DNA of 64,000 nt from a candidate division TM6 bacterium GW2011_GWF2_38_10. Its GTDB lineage: Bacteria; Babelota; Babeliae; Babelales; RVW-14. Both the position numbers and the translations under genes were made by a program. The stretch's first letter is position 1, and every line of letters begins with the position of its first letter. The notes under the pieces are model-generated. The model had not been told where the DNA came from. It saw only the letters and a list, made by a program, of their open reading frames with translations, and made no database searches. Positions 63,021-64,000 of the stretch are shown here, piece by piece. The stretch spans positions 28,620-92,619 of the forward strand of contig LBTY01000007.1 in NCBI GenBank assembly GCA_000992305.1. The letters run 5' to 3'.

Positions 63021-64000
63021 TTAAAAGCGCATTGTTTTAATATCGAATATATCAATAAAGAAATTAAACATCGCACGCATAAACAAGATACCTGCCAATA
63101 CCGTAGCGATAATACCCAACATCCATGCTGTTGCAAAATTTCTTACAACCGGACCGCCAAACTTAAACAAGATAATACCAGTCAATAATGCCGTTACGTT
63201 TGAATCGACAATAACCATCAAGGCTCCAGCAAAACCTTCAGACAAAGCCTTGCGTAATGGATTCCCTTCCGCAAGCGACTCCTTGGTACGCTCAAATATC
63301 AAAATTGAAGAGTCAATTGCGACACCAATTGCCAAAACCATACCAGCAATACCAGATAGCGATAACGTAGCACGGAAGTATGATAAAAACATAAATACAA
63401 AGAACATATTCACAATCAATGCTATTACAGCAAATAACCCTGGAATCTTATAGTACCATATACTAAAGATAAACAACAAAAGCAACGCCATAAAGCACGC
63501 AAGAGCACCTTTATTAATCGCATCTTGCCCAAGTGAGGCACCAACACGTATCTGATGTTCTTCACGCAATGGAGCCGACAACGAACCAGACTTCAACACA
63601 ATTGACAATTCAAGAGCTTCTTTTTGTGATGACATACCCGTAATGATTGCCTGTCCACCAGTAATTTCAGACTGTACATTTGGAGCCGAGATAACAACGT
63701 TATCAATAATAATCGCCACTTGACGACCAATATTATTTCCTGTTAACTCGCCAAACTCACGCGCACCAATCCCATCAAGCTTAAGTCCTACGCACAACTT
63801 ATTGTATTGATCACGCTGCACATTTGCATCGACAACACGCTCTCCAGTCATATCAGGGAACGCGGAAACCAAATACCAACGGCCAGCTTCTTCAATACCA
63901 GCATCGCCCATATCACGCTTACCTGGAATAATCATCTTATCAGAAGGCAAATCACCATCATACTCTGCCAACAGAGCCTCTTGAGATCCTGCTGTTTTTT
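63021..64000 (-). CDS. secD: protein translocase subunit SecD; N-terminus outside the window
   Basis: The frame stays open to base 64000. VAIIIDNVVISAPNVQSEITGGQAIITG (P1 head), then 6 TM segments with LSGIAGMVLAIGVAIDSSILIFER. Confidence 0.88.
   Translation of the reverse strand, partial: KTAGSQEALLAEYDGDLPSDKMIIPGKRDMGDAGIEEAGRWYLVSAFPDMTGERVVDANVQRDQYNKLCVGLKLDGIGAREFGELTGNNIGRQVAIIIDNVVISAPNVQSEITGGQAIITGMSSQKEALELSIVLKSGSLSAPLREEHQIRVGASLGQDAINKGALACFMALLLLFIFSIWYYKIPGLFAVIALIVNMFFVFMFLSYFRATLSLSGIAGMVLAIGVAIDSSILIFERTKESLAEGNPLRKALSEGFAGALMVIVDSNVTALLTGIILFKFGGPVVRNFATAWMLGIIATVLAGILFMRAMFNFFIDIFDIKTMRF

Noticed and set aside
1-64000. Search for prophage, IS element, integron or CRISPR-Cas content
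   Set aside because: No integrase, transposase, terminal inverted repeats, att-like direct repeats or repeat-spacer arrays were seen anywhere in the window.

Overview
This is a gene-dense, low-GC bacterial chromosome segment, about 90% coding, with no rRNA, CRISPR array, transposase or integrase. The gene content points to a diderm, probably host-associated bacterium with a reduced genome. Supporting this are lipid A and LPS genes (lpxA, lpxI, hldE), many lipobox lipoproteins, secD, a large ankyrin-repeat protein, several decaying genes and broken-up conserved operons. A Dependentiae/TM6-like or similar intracellular lineage is my guess only. Recognisable core genes are rsmG (partial), cysS, gltX, rplU, serS, hemW-like, dnaE, trpS, tilS, acpP, fabF, dnaA, rsmH, spoVG, lpxA, lpxI, ftsW, murD, hldE, sod, an ATP-dependent DNA ligase and secD (partial). 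There are three tRNAs: Gly-CCC, Gln-UUG and a CAU tRNA. Accessory or unusual content includes an AbrB-type antitoxin/Doc toxin pair and a 939-aa ankyrin protein carrying an HExxH motif. It also includes a tandem HAD-like pair in which one copy has lost its catalytic aspartates, and an orphan DUF58/DUF4381 pair coupled to a radical-SAM gene. A block of three architecture-related secreted Pro-rich/coiled-coil proteins lies upstream of a double M16 peptidase. A small decaying islet between dnaE and trpS holds two pseudogenes and a His/Cys-rich orphan. Two exported, histone-tail-like lysine-rich lipoproteins and several orphan proteins complete the list. No single textbook system (defence island, secretion apparatus, biosynthetic cluster) is evident. 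The best candidates for something undescribed are the 18.9-25.6 kb secreted-protein/M16 block, the ankyrin-zincin protein and the exported polybasic lipoproteins. All domain calls come from motif recognition by eye, with no database search, so boundaries and families need confirmation.
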